The position numbers and the translations under genes are program-made. A stretch of DNA of 20,000 nt from Cladosporium halotolerans. Lineage: Eukaryota. Shown here one piece after another: positions 1 through 10,141 of the stretch. Within the stretch, counting starts at the first letter, position 1. The number at the start of each line of letters is the position of its first letter. The stretch lies in the NCBI RefSeq assembly GCF_011745625.1, contig NW_027191455.1, positions 1,172,645 through 1,192,644 on the forward strand, in the 5' to 3' direction. The notes under the pieces are model-generated. The model had not been told where the DNA came from. It made no database searches and saw only the letters and a program-made list of their open reading frames with translations.

Positions 1-447
1 GTGGGCGGGAGCCCCCGGTTGCCAAGGCGTGGAAGGTCATGGAAGGTATCACGTGCAGGGCGGCGAGGGGGACAGCGAGTCGATGGAGGTGATACTCATG
101 GCAAGCATGGGGAAGAAGGAACACGAAGAGCGGCGGAGGTAACGTAATCATTGAAGTTGATTGAAGCTACATACAAAACATGATGGATAAAGAAAAGAAA
201 AATGTTTGCCGTTTGTTTGACTCGCTCGAAGAGTGATTGAGAACTCAAGAAGCGAGTGCATAGGCAAGCGACCGTGTCGCCACTTATTGTTCTCGGACAC
301 CACCCATCAGCTATGGCATATTGAGAATGCGCGATGCTGTCTCCTTTGCTGTTGTGGCTGACTAGCAGTGAGAAGTGGAGTGGTGTCCTTGTGTCCCTGG
401 GGTTAGTAGCCACGACCAATGTTGTTGGGGGGGGGGAGGGAGGGGGG

Positions 448-677
448 AAGAAGTAGTGGCAAGTAGTAGTGGCAAGCTGTTGTAGTGGCGGCGCAAAGCA
501 GGAATGGGGGTGGGGTCCTGTGTGCACCTTAGCAGTATCGATCAACGGTAGGGGATGGGGGGAAAGAAGTAGTGGCAAGTAGTAGTGGCAAGCTGTTGTA
601 GTGGCGGCACAAAGAAGGAATAGGGGGTGGAGTCCTGTGTGCATCTTAGCAGTATCGATCAACAGTAGGGGGTGGGG
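448..677. repeat. Two-copy tandem duplication, unit ~116-117 bp
   Basis: AAGAAGTAGTGGCAAGTAGTAGTGGCAAGCTGTTGTAGTGGCGGC...GTCCTGTGTGCAYCTTAGCAGTATCGATCAACRGTAGGGG starts at both 448 and 564; few differences, mostly transitions. Confidence 0.95.
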
Positions 678-997
678 TGAAATGCGCAAGGTACGAGGTA
701 CCGAGCGACGGCAGCATTTGCGAAACGCAAAGCGCGCTGGGGATCTAGGAAAACCATCCATCAGCTGTGGCATATCGAAAACGCGACGAAGCTGTCCGGC
801 GAAACGGAACGTGGTTGGTCTCCATCCTATAATTGGTTTGAGTTGACATGGGTGTGGCGGTCCTCATGTCGACATGGGTGTGGCAAGCCCATGTGTTGCG
901 CGCGGCACAAGGCAGCGGCGCAAAGTTGTGTCGGAGGAAAGGGTTGGAAGCGGGAGAAAAGGGGGTTTTTATAGTGCGCGGGGCCAAGACAACGGAA

Positions 998-1075
998 GGC
1001 TCCCGGGGGCTGGTCACCAGTAAGTCAGGCCGTCAGGCCCCCGGGGGGTGATCACCAAAAGTCAGGCCGTCAGGC
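998..1075. repeat. Two-copy ~37-38 bp tandem repeat with internal palindromes
   Basis: GGCTCCCGGGGGCTGGTCACCAGTAAGTCAGGCCGTCA (998-1035) followed by GGCCCCCGGGGGGTGATCACCAAAAGTCAGGCCGTCA (1036-1072), then GGC. Confidence 0.9.
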
Positions 1076-1204
1076 AGCAGGCTTAACGAAGGGAGAAGGC
1101 ACAGCGGTCGGGCGGAGCGATGTGAGCAACGCGAGGTTCCATTGTATATCGATTCGGTGACTGATCCATCGTACAAACTCTACAAAGAACCGCCCCCGCC
1201 TCAA

Positions 1205-1696
1205 TCATCGTCGTTCGAAACAAATCACACCCTTTGCCAACTCATGCGCGCGCTTCGACAACTGCTCCTCTTGCAGTATTCGTTCGATCCTAGCCCTCTG
1301 CGCCGCACTCTGCTCAACCAGCACAATCTCACGAATATCCTTTACGTACACACCGCAATCTACGATCCACTCTATGATCTTCCTGATTCTCAACCTCATC
1401 TCCGTCGTGCTCAACAATCTCATGTCGCTCGCGAAGGTATTTGCGCTGTAGTAGTGTCTTTTGATGTCAAAGCCGCAGAGCTTTTTGTACTTGCGGCTCA
1501 GTCGGGGCACATGCGTGTCGTTAGGATGACCCATGATTGGAAGCCATCCGTCGTAGAGAATACCCGCTTCTTGCAGTATTTGATCGGACAGCTCGGGTGG
1601 GAGGTCGGCGAGAGTCGTTGGCGGGTTACGTGGGCTTGCTGTAAAGATGTTATTGGATAGGCGCTTGATGACATTGAGGAAGCGAACCATCGCCAT
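1205..1696 (-). CDS. Hypothetical 163-aa protein with F-box-like N-terminal motif
   Basis: ATG-initiated ORF; TLADLPPELSDQI resembles the F-box start (LxxLPxEL..I); a later YYSANTF motif resembles lineage-specific ascomycete hypothetical proteins (recollection, not a search). Confidence 0.55.
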   Translation of the reverse strand: MAMVRFLNVIKRLSNNIFTASPRNPPTTLADLPPELSDQILQEAGILYDGWLPIMGHPNDTHVPRLSRKYKKLCGFDIKRHYYSANTFASDMRLLSTTEMRLRIRKIIEWIVDCGVYVKDIREIVLVEQSAAQRARIERILQEEQLSKRAHELAKGVICFERR

Positions 1697-2683
1697 TGTA
1701 TTGAAGAGAGCGTGAAAGGTGTCCTTGGCTATAACGAAGTACGCTGCAAATTGGAATTGACAGGGGGCATGCGTTTTAAGACCTTGGAGAAGAGTACAAA
1801 GTCGCCGCGGTGATGGAATGCAGCAGCGCGACTCACAGAACGCCGCTCACAGTCACCATCTGATACAACTGAAGAGCGATGAACAAGAGAAGCGTCACGT
1901 TCGCCCTCAATATTCCATCAACAACTTCCTCTCGACAGCTCTGGTACACTGCCCAGCTTCCAGAACGCTCGTCCGCCCAAGAACCCTTCAACGTATCGAG
2001 AGACGGCGTTTCGCACAACAAGAGACTACACACGCTACAAAGCTCTTGGTTCACTGCATTGGAGGTCCTATTTGTACGAGCGCATGGTCTTTGGGCAGAC
2101 TGGAGATACATCGATGAGACAGCTCGCGACTCACAGCTACCAGGCTCAGCAGGAAGACTGCAAACGCTTGTTTGCTCACCAACACCCACTCACCTGTCTT
2201 TTCTCCAAGTCACGATGGAACTCAATGCTAGCGACAACTATACACGAAAAGATGAGCAACTTCTCTTCTCACGATGGAGGTCTGTCTTCGCACGACTGGA
2301 GGCCTTGACGCTACATTTCCGGGGTTTTCGGGACCGCAGCCATCACAAGAGATGGCCATACCATCGGATTAGCTTGACTGTCACCGCAGAATGGCTTTAA
2401 CTGCACCATGGGCACACCCAGCGCTCAAGCGGCCGTGTCGAAGACGAGGTGTGGTTGGATTTGAGTACGGCCGCTAGTCATTGGCGGACAGCTTATATTG
2501 CTGACCTTGGCAAGGCGGGCGCCACCGTCTACGCGTCACAACGGCCTTTTGCAGCGCGTGGGCCTCGCGACGAAAATACCATAACATCATCGCCAAGCCA
2601 GACATACAGACGGGGGCCATCGACACGGCCTGCGCGCACATTCACAACGCGTGTGTTGCCGCCCACAGCCGCCGGCCTGTCGC

Positions 2684-2684
<1 letters not shown>

Positions 2685-2720
<36 letters not shown>
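2685..2720. repeat. (AGC)12 / CAG microsatellite upstream of the transcription factor gene
   Basis: 12 perfect AGC units, ending ~120 bp before the ATG at 2844. Confidence 0.97.
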
Positions 2721-2722
<2 letters not shown>

Positions 2723-2843
2723 AGCTGTCCTGAGCGCGACCGACGGCGACACGGTGCCTGCGCCCGCCGACTTTGCGACCCGACCGACCGACTGACTCCA
2801 CTAGCCACAGCGTGCACAACACCCACCCGGCAGCCAAAGCACC

Positions 2844-5476
2844 ATGGCCGCCCGTCCCGAAAGCGTGCTGGATCCTGCCCTGGGGGGAGGCCCGCCGCCC
2901 ACACAACCACCGCCGCCCGTGGGCGGTGGCATGCCCTACTACCAGTATGCACACACTCCCGTCGCGCCGTCGCCCGGTGGCGAGCACGAGTACCAGCCGC
3001 CGCCGCAGATGTCCGCCGCCCCCGCGCATTATGCACCCCAAATGGCAGACGGCGGTGCAGGCGCAGCAGAGGACCCAAAGCGCCCCCGGGCCTGCGACTC
3101 CTGCCGCAACTTGAAAGTCAAGTGTGAACTCCCGGAAGATCGGCCGGATTTGCCATGCAGACGCTGTGCGAAGACCGGCCGGGAGTGTCACATCACGCCA
3201 CCCACGAGAAAACGCCAAAAAAAGGAAGCCAGCCGCGTCGCAGAGCTCGAGAAGAGGCTTGAAGAACTGACCTCCACAGTCAACGCGCAAGCACACGGAC
3301 GGCTCGCACAGTACGCGTCGCCAACAGATCATCCTTCCGACCGAGCGCTGGAAATCCCGTACGGCAGGCAAAGCGTCAGCTCCATTCAGTCGCACAGCAC
3401 CCCAACAGCTTTCCAGCAGCCTCAAGATGGAGGCCCAGCGCCCAAACGGCGTCGAACGGATGACTCTCCCTTCACCACTCACCCCTCTTTGCCGTACAGC
3501 AATGGCAGCCCAGGTACCACGACTGCGCACAACTCGGCGGCTGAGGAAGCATCCAGCATCGAGCTCTCTTGGGCCACTGCAAGCGACATCACCCGCTTCC
3601 TCCATCACACATCGCCACAGCAATTTGTGCAGCGCATCAACGCTCTTATTCCTCCTGAGAGGGCTCCCGGCCTTCTCAAGAGATACAACACTGAGATGGC
3701 GCCCCACTTACCAGCTGTCGTCTTCCCGCCGAACATGACCGCAGAACAGCTCTACAGAGAGAAACCTTTGCTCTACCTCTCCGTCTTGGGCGCCGCGTCA
3801 TATGGACATGCGGAGCAGGACACTGCTCGCAATGCTGTCCGCGAAGCTATTGGAACCATTGCGGATTGCGCAGTCCGCAACGGTGCCAAGTCAATGGAAC
3901 TCATCCAGGCCATGCAAATCATTGCGCTTTGGTACAAGCCCCCAGAGCAAGCGGAACAGACAAACTTTTACCAAATCATCAGCATCGCGGCGACCATGGT
4001 ATACGATCTTGGCCTAAATCAGAGATTCAACCTTGCAAAGGCGAGGAGAGGGCTCATGGGACCGGCAAAAGATGTCGCACCTAACATGGGCATCAGGATG
4101 GCGCCTGTCAATTCCGACGAGCTAGAGTCCAGGAGGGCTTTGCTGGGATGTTACTATTTGTGCGCGAGGTAGGCTACTTCTCATCACTTGTCCGTATCGA
4201 CTTCTGCTAACGTCCCATCAGTGCCGCCATGGTGCTTCGTCGCCCCATCCGGTTCGACTGGACCAAGTACACCGAAGATTGCATCGAAGAGCTCATGACC
4301 AATCCCGATGCGGCGCCAACTGACAAGCTGCTTTGCCAACACGTCAAGCTGCAGCGGATCTGTGAAGAAGTTGGCCAGCAATTCCGCATGCACGACCCGT
4401 CAGCGACCGTCAGCCTTGACGATGCGCAGGTGGCGTACAACGTGCGGCACTTTGAGAACGAGCTCAAGCGGTGGAAGGAAGACATTCCCGCGGACTGCCG
4501 CACGCCAGGCCTCATGTTCTTCGAACACGTCTGCAGCCTCTATGCGCACGAGATTGTGCTGCATCTCAACCACAACGTCGACGACTTCAAGATGCCGTTC
4601 AACGAAGAAAGCCTGAAGAACGTGAACGCCGGGTTCGGCAAGCTGACCCAGAACCAAATGAACTCGCTTCAAGCCTGCGTCAGAGCAGCTCACGGTATCC
4701 TGGAATCGATGCTCAACTTTGACGGCAAGACGATCACTGCTCTGCCCATGCTCTTGTACTTTGTACGCTGCGTGTACGCGGTCGTCATCCTGATCAAGAT
4801 GCACGTCGCAGTCTGCATACCCAACTCCGAGCTCGGCAAGCTGTTCCAAGCAGAAGACCTGAGGGTCGAATACTACCTCAACGGCTTGATAGACCACATC
4901 ACAACCGTTGCGCGACAGCGATCGATCCGACCGAACAAAGTCATCCGCATCCTCAAGGTTCTGAGAGACTGGTTTGAAGAGAAGCACAAGAAGGGGATAA
5001 GCGCACAGCAAAGCGGCGGGGCATCACCGCCAGCCAAGCAGCAAGAGCAGAGACAAAGCGTCAGCGGAGCACAATCAGGACTGCAGATGCTGTCACAAGT
5101 AGCCACTGGCCAGCAGTCACAGGCCGGCGACATGCCCTCAGACTGGAATTACGACCGCGCGCAGAACATGCCTTACGGGCAGCGGTACAGCAACGCAGGC
5201 AGCCAGAGCGGCGCCGCCTATCCTGCGCAGGAGGACAACGCATTTGGCATGCCCAATTACGCCGGTGGCTTCAACATGCAAGATCCGATGTCGCAAGACT
5301 ACGGCTGGGGAGGCATGGGTGTACAGCAGGCGATGGACATTGCGCTTGGGGACATGAATGGCCTGCAGAGCGGCGGGCTGGACAATTGGCTTCTGGGTGG
5401 AGACAGCATGATGCCGTTCGTCTCCTACGATACCAACACGCCGGCCCCTTCGGCGATGAGTTCGAACAGGTTTTAG
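2844..5476 (+). CDS. Zn(II)2Cys6 fungal transcription factor, ~859 aa, possibly War1-like; exons 2844-4168 and 4222-5476
   Basis: RACDSCRNLKVKC...PCRRCAKTGREC binuclear cluster, basic RKRQKK segment, coiled coil RVAELEKRLEEL, and a fungal TF middle region (ESRRALLGCYYLC). Removing intron 4169-4221 joins CA-S-AAMVLRRP in frame. CACCATGG start context. Confidence 0.93.
4169..4221 (+). other. Spliceosomal intron (53 nt) of the Zn2Cys6 gene
   Basis: GTAGGC donor, GCTAAC branch point 4206-4211, CAG acceptor; removal fuses the two ORFs in frame. Confidence 0.92.
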
Positions 5477-5717
5477 CGACAGTGAAGCGGCGCGTGCACC
5501 GAGAAAAGAGGAGGCTGTATGTAATGGGAGGGCTCATTGACGATTACGAATCATGACATTTGGCGCGCACTTCGCTGAAAGGCTGAGGTTTTGCTAGTGT
5601 GGATAAGAAATTGCTGGCCGTATGCTCGCCTTGCGAGCACTGACGACCGATGAAGTATATTTTATTGTACACTGCTCGACGTTCTCCCGTCAATCTATTC
5701 TTACAATAAGGCTCGCC

Positions 5718-8700
5718 TCACTCCCACCTGTCAGCCAACCTAATCGGCCTGAGAGCAATGTGCCTGTAGTACACGTTGACCGACTCAATCACGCACTCCC
5801 AGCGATCGCCGGCCCTCGCCTCCGGAAAGCCCAAGCCCAACTTCTCCGGCCGCATCATCGAGCTGGTGACGCTCAGCTCCTCGAACATCACCATCACCTT
5901 GGGCTGCGCGGGCGACGGCCGGCTCATGATGTACGCGTGGCAGGTGTCGAAGGGCAGCTTGGCCTCGCCGAAGTGGTGCGCGCGGAACATCAGCATCGCG
6001 ACCCAGAAGTTCTCCGCGTACGACTTGGCGCGCGTGATCATCGCCTCGCGCGGCTGCAGGCCGGTCATGATCGTCTGGAGGTTTTCCTCGCTGAAGGGCA
6101 GGAATCGGTGGTCGGGCTGCTTGCCGGAGAGCGTGGGGCCGGAGGTCACGAGGGAGGTGCCGCTGTGGGCTTCCTTCAGCAGCGCCGCTTCGATCTGCCA
6201 GTGCAGGATCATGTCGCCGTAGCGGCGCAGGGGCGACGTGACTTTGCCGTAGTGGTCGAGGCCGAGGAGGTTGTGGCGGAGGGGCTTGGTGTTGAGGACG
6301 AGGGAGCCCATGTTGCGCACGTGCTCGATGCCGATGTGCATTGGGAGGACGCCGTTGTTGCGCTCCATGGCCGGGACACATTCGGACTGGTAGAACTCGT
6401 CCGGGTCGCGCTGGCCGGGCTTCTTGACGGAGCCGCGGTAGATGGTCGGGATCTGGCGCTCGGCGCACCAGGCCGTCGACACCTCGCAGGCCAGCAACAT
6501 CATCTCGCGGACGAGGATGTCCTGTGCTTGCTCGCCTTCGGCGAACCAGTTGGTGAGACCTTGGGTTTGCATGTTGATGACAGGATCGCCCTCGACGGAA
6601 CGGGCACCCTTGCGGTGGGGATGTTGCCACGCCAGCCCCGGGTGGGCAGCAGTTTGCCAAACACTCAATGTAGGTTTACGAGAGTCGAAGAAGATTCCGC
6701 CTGCGGCCTTCCGCTGGCGTGTACGCCCTTCCGCAAGCTTCTGCAGTTGCTTCAATTCGTTGATGTTGACTTCCTTCATGTCTGGGACAGCGCTTCGCCT
6801 TTCCGGTTGGGGCGGGACTGCCCCTCCAACGGTGATGTCAAATTGCGCCTTTTTGGATTCATCTTGCTGTCCAAGCAAGGTACTCAACTCGCTTGGAGTC
6901 AATCGTTGCACGTTCCTGATGAAGCCTGAGGTGATTTTGTGCTCCAATTTCTCGCCGTTTTCGTTCATCCTCGCGGAGAAGGTCAGACAGGGCCTGTTTG
7001 GAGCCAGAGAAAAGTTCTTATTGGTTGCCCAACGTGGCAACATCATGTAAGCCCTTTCGGGTGTGTAGATTGTCTCACCCATGTGCCTTGCCATTTTTGC
7101 AAGTGGGTTATCGCGGTCGAAGAAAGCCGTCGGGTTGGCGATGTGGACATGCACCCACCATTCCGGCTGGTTGCTGTCTGCGGAGTTTGCTCGCTCAACA
7201 GAAATTCCATCGTCAATCTCGAGGGCGGAGGCGTCATCAATGCAGTAGACGGGCAGTTCTCCCCAATCATGACGCACGTCCGCCATTTTATCAGAGAATT
7301 TGTAGCCTTTACCCATGCTCAGTAATTTATTCATCAGTTGTTGCAATGGTCTGGAGTGCTGGCTGCTGGGAAGTAGCAAGTGCTGGTCGAAACGAACGCG
7401 ATTCTCGTACGGAAGAATTGTGCCAAGCTCTTGCAGAAAGAGGAATCCGGTCTGCGCGCCTAGATCGTGATCTTCGTACAAGCCTGTAGCTTGCAGTATC
7501 AACGGTGGCAAAGCATTGATTCGTGGCAGGCCAAGGAACATGTTGTTGCACGCCCATGCTTCCATGAAACGCACCAACTCCTGGTCAGGAACGCCGAAAC
7601 GGGTGTCTGATTCGACCTTGACAGCGTCCTGATCCTTTGTAATTGCGTGCCGGACCTTGCTGGGCCCAACGTTGCCGTGCTGTGTGGGTTCGCGGCGCTG
7701 GCGGCTAGCCAAAACGATCTCCCTCGCCTGCTTGAGGAAGTTATCCACAAAGAAAGCGCCTCGTTTGCGAGTGTGGCGCTGACGCTGGGAAGCACTCATG
7801 AGCGCCATTGTCGCGTTATCGTCTTGCCATTCCCGAAGCCATTTCCTGACCTGTTCAACCGTTTTCACCTGTTGCTTGGGACGAATCTGGAGATAACCGG
7901 TGACGCGGTGGGAGCGACGATCGACATTGAAGGCAAAGCCCGCATTCATGAGTGCCCTTCGCACCGTGAACAAAGCGGTCAGCGGCAGCTTGTCACTCGG
8001 GATGCCCAACAGCGCTGAGGCAGCCGATACTAGACTGCCATAACGCAAATCTGTGTCGTGCGCCAGAATCTCATGCGCGCGATCGAGGGTCGACGCATGC
8101 TTTCGATATACCTCCAAGCTCTCCCTGTGGAAGGCGATCATCCTGCTGACAAGGGGCGCAGCAACGTGGCGAGGTACTGATATATCATTGACGTACGATT
8201 CTCTCTTCAATGCGGAAAGCTCTTCGGCATCGGCTACGTTCGGAAGATGCTCCAGAAGCGGTTCAATGAGCTTTGGGGACACCCAACCCGGGATTGCATA
8301 CTGGACTTGTCGTTCCGGGGCATTGATCCACCGGCCGTTGATCGAATAGAACTGACTCTCAACTCCAATCTTTCGCACGAAAACTGCCAGAAGACTGTCT
8401 TTCTCTGAGTTCGCGAATTCAAGTTCCACCAAATCGCCCATGAGCAAGAACCGGGGGTCGGTGATGTCGTCGTCCAGGTCTTCTGCTCGGGACGCTGCAA
8501 AGTGGGCAACCGCTTGCCGCTCGTCCTCTTCTTCTTCACGGTAACTACGTATGCTGTTGTTGTCGCCCATTTTTGTTAGGGTATTCGTAAGTTCGCTGTC
8601 CATTTCTTCGGGCATGGGCATGTCCTTGTTGTACTGCTCTTCCAAAGTTTTACCGTGCTCCTCCTGCCACTGCCGAAGTTTGGCGCGGATGCCGGTTGAG

Positions 8701-9665
8701 TCTCCTGGAATCGGTGGCGGCATGTCAGGTAGCTGAGGAGCTGATTCAGACAGCCCGGGATGAGCTTGCTGGGGCTTGTGCGAGACGTGATATCCTCGTC
8801 GGCTCTGCTGAGTAACATTGCGCTTCAGGATTGACGACAGGTAAGGTCGTATCTTGGATTGAGAGCCCTTCATCTCTTGCCTGCCTTCAGAATCCTGTCT
8901 GTGTGGTCTTCCAAGGTCTGAGAACACATTATGCGTGGCCAGTCGCGTCATCTCCCGACTGCCATCCTCTGGTGCCTCCAAAGATCCCGCCCCAGCATAC
9001 CCACGAATGCCAGTGTCTGTATGTTGAGTTTCGTGGTCCCAGCTCTTCAAGGCATCCTGTTCCATCGCATTGTTTGCAATCTCTTCGTTTGTACCAACTC
9101 GGACGACATGTCTCCCAAGAATGTCTCCAAACTCATCCTCGTCACTGGTATTGGGGCGTGCTTGTTGTACAAGTGCAGCTTCACCAGACCGCGCTTGGGT
9201 CGGCTTCTTCAGTTTGCGAGGCCATTTATCAATTGTATCGTAGAGGTAACGAATTCTTCTTGAATGCGTCTTCGAGTCCTGACCAGAAACTTGAAGGTAT
9301 GACACTTCATTTTTGACTTGTGGAAGTGATCGCGCAGATGCGGAGGTCGTTGCACGCAATGGGTAGGCCTGGAGGCGAGGCGGGATCTTCTGCTGTGCGG
9401 AACTGTGGCCATGCCATGACTGCGTCGACTCTGCGTTTGCTAACGGCAGCCCATCATCGTTGAAATTCGAATTGCAATTTTTTATCTGCGAATACGCTTG
9501 ACCACGAATGCGGTAGCGATGAATCGAAAATGTCCGCGAGACGTTCCGTGAGACGGCGCTCACTGCGCGTGAAGAGGGATGTCGGGTCGCATTTAGACGG
9601 CACCCCATGCACACATATGCCTGTCGCGTGGAACTCTGGGGTCGCACCTGGATCTGCGAGAACAT
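5718..9665 (-). CDS. cyt-4: Mitochondrial exoribonuclease II (RNB domain), Cyt-4/Dss1 homologue, 1315 aa
   Basis: RNB catalytic motif CIDDASALEIDDGIS, VHVHIANPT, and the signature HYGKVTSPLRRYGDMILHWQI; Arg/Ser-rich, acid-free N-terminus typical of a mitochondrial presequence; uninterrupted ORF. Confidence 0.9.
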   Translation of the reverse strand: MFSQIQVRPQSSTRQAYVCMGCRLNATRHPSSRAVSAVSRNVSRTFSIHRYRIRGQAYSQIKNCNSNFNDDGLPLANAESTQSWHGHSSAQQKIPPRLQAYPLRATTSASARSLPQVKNEVSYLQVSGQDSKTHSRRIRYLYDTIDKWPRKLKKPTQARSGEAALVQQARPNTSDEDEFGDILGRHVVRVGTNEEIANNAMEQDALKSWDHETQHTDTGIRGYAGAGSLEAPEDGSREMTRLATHNVFSDLGRPHRQDSEGRQEMKGSQSKIRPYLSSILKRNVTQQSRRGYHVSHKPQQAHPGLSESAPQLPDMPPPIPGDSTGIRAKLRQWQEEHGKTLEEQYNKDMPMPEEMDSELTNTLTKMGDNNSIRSYREEEEDERQAVAHFAASRAEDLDDDITDPRFLLMGDLVELEFANSEKDSLLAVFVRKIGVESQFYSINGRWINAPERQVQYAIPGWVSPKLIEPLLEHLPNVADAEELSALKRESYVNDISVPRHVAAPLVSRMIAFHRESLEVYRKHASTLDRAHEILAHDTDLRYGSLVSAASALLGIPSDKLPLTALFTVRRALMNAGFAFNVDRRSHRVTGYLQIRPKQQVKTVEQVRKWLREWQDDNATMALMSASQRQRHTRKRGAFFVDNFLKQAREIVLASRQRREPTQHGNVGPSKVRHAITKDQDAVKVESDTRFGVPDQELVRFMEAWACNNMFLGLPRINALPPLILQATGLYEDHDLGAQTGFLFLQELGTILPYENRVRFDQHLLLPSSQHSRPLQQLMNKLLSMGKGYKFSDKMADVRHDWGELPVYCIDDASALEIDDGISVERANSADSNQPEWWVHVHIANPTAFFDRDNPLAKMARHMGETIYTPERAYMMLPRWATNKNFSLAPNRPCLTFSARMNENGEKLEHKITSGFIRNVQRLTPSELSTLLGQQDESKKAQFDITVGGAVPPQPERRSAVPDMKEVNINELKQLQKLAEGRTRQRKAAGGIFFDSRKPTLSVWQTAAHPGLAWQHPHRKGARSVEGDPVINMQTQGLTNWFAEGEQAQDILVREMMLLACEVSTAWCAERQIPTIYRGSVKKPGQRDPDEFYQSECVPAMERNNGVLPMHIGIEHVRNMGSLVLNTKPLRHNLLGLDHYGKVTSPLRRYGDMILHWQIEAALLKEAHSGTSLVTSGPTLSGKQPDHRFLPFSEENLQTIMTGLQPREAMITRAKSYAENFWVAMLMFRAHHFGEAKLPFDTCHAYIMSRPSPAQPKVMVMFEELSVTSSMMRPEKLGLGFPEARAGDRWECVIESVNVYYRHIALRPIRLADRWE

Positions 9666-10141
9666 AATAGCTCGCAGAGAGCGTTGTGGCTGCTGTAGAC
9701 ACAGAGGCGCGATCCTCAGGCGAGATGAACGGAGCTACTGGGTATGCTTCTTGCGCGGAGAACTGAGACGGAGATGGCTCGGATCTTGATACAGCCGTTA
9801 GGCTGAATCGCAGATCTGCAAGGCAAGGCAACTTCAGGCAAGGCAAGGGTTCTGGGATCCTGGGAGTGAGCCGCCTGGAGAACTCGTTCAGGAATGACGG
9901 CGGTCACATCCAGACTTCGGCCGTGAACACTCGTCTCACTGGGAAGGACAACAAAGCAATCACTTTGAAACCCGTGACCATTGCCGCCCCCTGCCCCAGC
10001 GCGATCGACGAGCTCTCGAAGACTCGTTCATGCCCGCAAAGCCCGAGCGTCAGCGGCTATACCCGATCACTGGCGGAGGTCAGATTTCTTCAGTTCCTCA
10101 GACGGCACACTTCCCTTTCCTCAGCACAATCAACTGCGCAG

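Larger units (their letters stand above)
1..1141. mobile_element. Putative terminal/non-coding region of an unclassified transposable element (left part outside window)
   Basis: No credible CDS. Dense nested repeats: ~117-bp tandem duplication 448-677, ~38-bp tandem 998-1075, dispersed ~40-bp repeat 304-341/758-796, 14-bp repeat 845-858/871-884. Also palindromes, G-runs and a minus-strand TATAAAAA at 966-973. Abrupt change to ordinary 3'-UTR-like sequence after ...GAGGTTCCA (1141). No transposase, TIR pair or TSD visible, so the TE call is inference. Confidence 0.35.

Noticed and set aside
1..151. Gene fragment at the window edge
   Set aside because: Two + frames and one - frame are open for ~47-50 codons, none with recognisable motifs; cannot choose among them.
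96..773. 225-aa minus-strand ORF
   Set aside because: Translation of the tandem repeat and G-runs; low complexity, no domain.
448..1075. CRISPR-like array
   Set aside because: Eukaryotic context; only two copies per repeat, no unique spacers, no cas genes.
2529..3707. 392-aa antisense ORF and polyQ/polyA/polyC ORFs around the AGC tract
   Set aside because: Antisense or out-of-frame to the Zn2Cys6 gene in GC-rich DNA; the homopolymers are just translations of the microsatellite.
5622..6929. 435-aa + strand ORF and the 291-aa alternative-frame ORF over cyt-4
   Set aside because: Shadow ORFs explained by the extreme GC3 tract; no recognisable motifs.
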